Shown here piece by piece: positions 17,246 to 20,000 of a stretch of 20,000 nt of DNA. Below the pieces are notes generated by a model. That model ran no database searches. It saw only the letters and a program-made list of their open reading frames with translations, and had not been told where the DNA came from. Each line of letters starts with the position of its first letter. Position 1 is the stretch's first letter. The translations under genes were made by a program, and so were the position numbers. Source of the DNA: an uncultured virus (IMG/VR IMGVR_UViG_3300005527_000058) (Duplodnaviria > Heunggongvirae > Uroviricota > Caudoviricetes); the IMG/VR virus record IMGVR_UViG_3300005527_000058, positions 53,793 to 73,792 of that record; one strand, written 5' to 3'.

Positions 17246-19084
17246 TCAACTGAAATTAACGGTAGATAGATTTTTAACTCTAACATTAATGTCTTTATTT
17301 GCGTACCTGATTTGGTAAGTTTGATTGGGTTCCGCAAATATTGTGTCATCAATTAATTCAATCTCTTTAGTTGTGCTATCAATATATCTTTGGGATGTTT
17401 GGGATGATGAATATTGTCCACCAACCTTATTAAAGACTTTAATGTCAGATACACTAATAACCCCATTTTGATTTTGAATCTCTTTTCTAATTTCAGATAT
17501 ATTAACATTTTGACCCATTTGTAAATTAATTGGGTCAAAATAATCAGAAACTAAATTAATTATTTGTGAAATAACGGCTCCCTGAGTCTGACTGTTATCC
17601 AACACCACATCAATGTTTAAAGCTAAATCAATAACATTAGCAGATTCAACAGAAATATAGTCATTAATCATTCTATAATTTGAAAGGTAATTGGCAACAT
17701 TATTTTTTAACGTATTTGATAGGATTTCAGTCAGACTACCTGACTCATCATACGCCAACATTTGTATTTTTATTTTATTATTTTCTTCTGTGATGGCAAC
17801 TTTAGCAGGTGCCCCAAACTGTGAAGGCATTGTTCTAATTAATGAATCATAATCGTTAACCGTTACGGCTCTTTTTTGAGATGAAAAGTTAAATCCGACC
17901 AAATTTCTAACCTCCTCCATTGTTGGGAAATTAGCGCCTCCAATTGCAGCAGTAACATTAGTACAACTTAGTGAATTAACTACCGTAGTATTAAATGATT
18001 GTGAAGGTCCATTTACAAAGAAAGAAACAGTTCCAATTTGAGTAATAACATTAACACCTAAATTACTACCAGTTCCACCACCAACTCTATATTGTATAAA
18101 CAAAGTTGAGTTACCTTTTAAAGTACTTCCTAACGCTAAATTATTAGAATACTTATATAAGTCTAATTTAAATCCATTTCTAGCAAATTCTCTTAATTGT
18201 TCATCCGCCGATTGACTACCTCCACCAAATGTCATTTTTAAGAAACCTTCAGGTGTATATTCTGTAATAAATTTAGTACTTGTTTGTATGTATTTACCAA
18301 CCTTTATACCAGGTTTATCAGATACTTTAGTGGGGTCTTCAACAAAAACTCTATCTTCAGCTAATGCACTAACCTCATACCATCTATTATCTAACCCTAA
18401 AAATTCTTGTGGTGTTGGTACATTAGTATATTGAGTTCCGTCTTTTAATAGAACACTTGTAATACCTAAAACATTTTTTTCAGGTAAAAATAACTCATAA
18501 AATGGTTTTACATCATTTGCCGTTATTACTTTTTTGAATACTTTTGTGGTTCCATTAACAACGGTTTCTCGTTTAACAATAGTGTAATTTTCTAACTTGT
18601 TATCTGAATTAAAATTAGGTATCTTTAATCTATTAGGATAACCTTCGGAATTAGTAGGTGACGCAAAATCAATATCATATACAGTTTCAAATGACTGCCC
18701 CGCACCATTAACTTGTGACCCTCTTCTTAATATACCACAATATCTTAAATCTTCTTTATCACCTAATGCTGGTACCGTAATTGAGAAATCAACTAATGCA
18801 ACAGAAGGTCTTTGACCTGGTATTTTTAAACCATAAGTTCTTGCAATATTAAAGATTGATGATGGTTGTTGTGCGTATTGTAATACCGTCTCCTGAATAC
18901 TTCTGTCAATATTAAATTGTAGGTTGTCAGTAACAGCCGCATTTAAATCAAGTAATACTGAGAATACCGAAGCGTCATTAAAATTTTCAACTAAATCAGG
19001 ATAATAAATTTTAGTGAAATTAACTAACTCAGTCCTAATTGATTGGAAATCTCTAGTTGTATACGATATTTTTTTATTTGCCAT
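17246..19084 (-). CDS. Baseplate wedge subunit (T4 gp6 / P2 gpJ-like, 612 aa)
   Basis: N-terminal YTTRDFQSIRTELVNF, AQQPSSIFNIARTYG, central FGGG and YRVGGGTGSNLG, and RAVTVNDYDSL (RAVT..DY motif); follows the gp25-like gene; ends in tandem TGA TAA. Confidence 0.88.
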   Translation of the reverse strand: MANKKISYTTRDFQSIRTELVNFTKIYYPDLVENFNDASVFSVLLDLNAAVTDNLQFNIDRSIQETVLQYAQQPSSIFNIARTYGLKIPGQRPSVALVDFSITVPALGDKEDLRYCGILRRGSQVNGAGQSFETVYDIDFASPTNSEGYPNRLKIPNFNSDNKLENYTIVKRETVVNGTTKVFKKVITANDVKPFYELFLPEKNVLGITSVLLKDGTQYTNVPTPQEFLGLDNRWYEVSALAEDRVFVEDPTKVSDKPGIKVGKYIQTSTKFITEYTPEGFLKMTFGGGSQSADEQLREFARNGFKLDLYKYSNNLALGSTLKGNSTLFIQYRVGGGTGSNLGVNVITQIGTVSFFVNGPSQSFNTTVVNSLSCTNVTAAIGGANFPTMEEVRNLVGFNFSSQKRAVTVNDYDSLIRTMPSQFGAPAKVAITEENNKIKIQMLAYDESGSLTEILSNTLKNNVANYLSNYRMINDYISVESANVIDLALNIDVVLDNSQTQGAVISQIINLVSDYFDPINLQMGQNVNISEIRKEIQNQNGVISVSDIKVFNKVGGQYSSSQTSQRYIDSTTKEIELIDDTIFAEPNQTYQIRYANKDINVRVKNLSTVNFS

Positions 19085-19088
19085 AATT

Positions 19089-19544
19089 TTAAATGTTAAT
19101 AATCACGAAATCACTCGCGTTAAATGCTTCGTTAGTAACAATATAATCTATCCTAACTTTTGCGGTATGTTCTTTTTCAGATATTCCAGGTACTCTAAAT
19201 ACTCGTTCATCATTTTCAATAAATGTTCCTTTATCTTCTTCACCTTCTGAAGCGGCTTTAATTGATATATTAGTTATTTTTAATTCAGGTATATATTGTT
19301 CAACCGAGTCTCTAATTTCAGATTCAATGTCGGAAAATGTGGGACCATCTAATGGTTCAAAAATAAATTCATATAATCTAGTTCCAAAATCAGGTAAATA
19401 ATATCTAGTACCTTTTCTTGTTAATAAAAGGTGAATTAAATTAGACCTGATTTCTTCGTCATTGGTAACAGATAAATCCAAATATTTACCATCAAACGAA
19501 TCTCTAAAAGGAAAATTTATACCATATGTAATCCCATCTGCCAT
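19089..19544 (-). CDS. Baseplate wedge / sheath initiator, GPW/gp25 family (151 aa)
   Basis: IRSNLIHLLLTRKGTRYYLPDFGTRLYEFIFEP and IRDSVEQYIPELKI match the gp25 signature (LLLT.KGER...P.FG..L...FEP). Confidence 0.92.
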   Translation of the reverse strand: MADGITYGINFPFRDSFDGKYLDLSVTNDEEIRSNLIHLLLTRKGTRYYLPDFGTRLYEFIFEPLDGPTFSDIESEIRDSVEQYIPELKITNISIKAASEGEEDKGTFIENDERVFRVPGISEKEHTAKVRIDYIVTNEAFNASDFVIINI

Positions 19545-19548
19545 ATTA

Positions 19549-19583
19549 TATAAATATAATGTTATAATATTTTCAATAAATAC
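19549..19583 (-). promoter_or_regulatory. Two TATTTAT motifs upstream of the gp25-like gene; candidate late promoter
   Basis: Minus strand GTATTTATTG (19583-19574) and TATTTATA (19556-19549), the latter 4 nt before the ATG. Both lie between the nrdA terminator and the first structural gene. Confidence 0.4.
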
Positions 19584-19587
19584 ATAT

Positions 19588-19621
19588 AAAATAAAAAACT
19601 CCCGACAGTGCCGAGAGTTTT
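19588..19621 (-). terminator. Rho-independent terminator after nrdA
   Basis: Minus strand AAAACTCTCGGC-ACT-GTCGGGAGTTTTTTATTT: 12-bp stem with two G-U pairs (these pair only on the minus-strand RNA) running into a U tract, 16 nt after the nrdA stop. Confidence 0.85.
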
Positions 19622-19637
19622 GTAAGTTATTTTTTTC

Positions 19638-20000
19638 TTATGCCGAACATCCAAAACATTCAAACTCAGAGTCCGTAGGTTTTTGTGGTAAAACCTCAAC
19701 AGTAGGTTTTTCTGTTTTGTTGGGTTTTTCCATTTTGGAAACATCTATCGCCAAATGTTTAGCCCCCGTTGATATTGCCTTTGTTCTTACATAATAACAA
19801 AGAGTTTTCAATCCTTTTTCCCATGAATGGAAATGAGATGAGGTAATTTTTGATAGTGTTGGATTTGACATATAGATATTCATTGACTGTGATTGGTCAA
19901 TAAATGGAGCCCTATCCGCACACATATCAATTAATTCTCGTTGTGAAATCTCCCAAATAGTTTTATACTTTTTAATTAGGTGTTCAATTCTTTTAACTTT
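19638..20000 (-). CDS. nrdA: Ribonucleoside-diphosphate reductase class Ia alpha subunit, C-terminal 120 aa (5' part beyond window)
   Basis: Frame is open to base 20000: [43 protein letters not shown]...[11 protein letters not shown]...ECFGCSA. It has the IDQSQS motif, the YY radical-transfer pair and the C-terminal CxxC shuttle cysteines. Confidence 0.95.
   Translation of the reverse strand, partial: KVKRIEHLIKKYKTIWEISQRELIDMCADRAPFIDQSQSMNIYMSNPTLSKITSSHFHSWEKGLKTLCYYVRTKAISTGAKHLAIDVSKMEKPNKTEKPTVEVLPQKPTDSEFECFGCSA

Noticed and set aside
4194..19544. Bacterial eCIS/T6SS/tailocin locus or eukaryotic giant virus instead of a phage
   Set aside because: NrdA directly abutting gp25, the intrinsic terminator, coupled gene packing and lack of eCIS/T6SS marker genes in the window favour a large tailed phage.
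7558..19744. Short alternative-frame minus-strand ORFs 7558-7779, 17353-17538 and 19562-19744
   Set aside because: Nested in real genes, 60-73 aa, no motifs; the last one runs through the terminator.
1080..19794. Short plus-strand ORFs in the track (1080, 2618, 5814, 7779, 12213, 12604, 13494, 16562, 19014, 19462)
   Set aside because: All are antisense shadows of long, motif-bearing minus-strand genes and show no family motifs.
19925..20000. Track's 95-aa ORF starting at 19925 as a standalone gene
   Set aside because: The frame stays open to the window edge with NrdA-like sequence; the Met is internal.
1..20000. Stop-codon reassignment (no gene here ends in TAG; one ends TGA-TAA)
   Set aside because: Genes tile the window under the standard code with no interruptions; TAA preference is expected in AT-rich DNA.

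Overview
AT-rich fragment of a large contractile-tailed (myovirus-type) phage genome; all real genes lie on the minus strand. In transcription order (right to left): 3' end of a class Ia ribonucleotide reductase alpha gene, an intrinsic terminator, then a tightly coupled baseplate/tail module. The module has a gp25/gpW-like wedge, a gp6/gpJ-like wedge, five poorly characterised structural genes (1631 aa with a 57-aa uncharged hydrophobic segment, 603 aa, ~271 aa, 390 aa PKD-like, 302 aa), a 1118-aa protein with a P2 gpI/T4 gp7-like wedge motif, a 958-aa fibre-like protein with seven SprB-type repeats, and a 168-aa Cys-rich protein. The last gene (756 to <1, missing from the ORF track because it runs off the edge) is a DxD glycosyltransferase whose motifs resemble plant protein O-glycosyltransferases (GT96 SGT1/SERGT1, GT95 HPAT). 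The best candidate for an undescribed system is phage-encoded protein O-glycosylation beside Ser/Thr-rich, adhesin-like virion proteins. Several independent signals point to a Bacteroidota host. Family assignments rest on motif recognition by eye; no searches were run.
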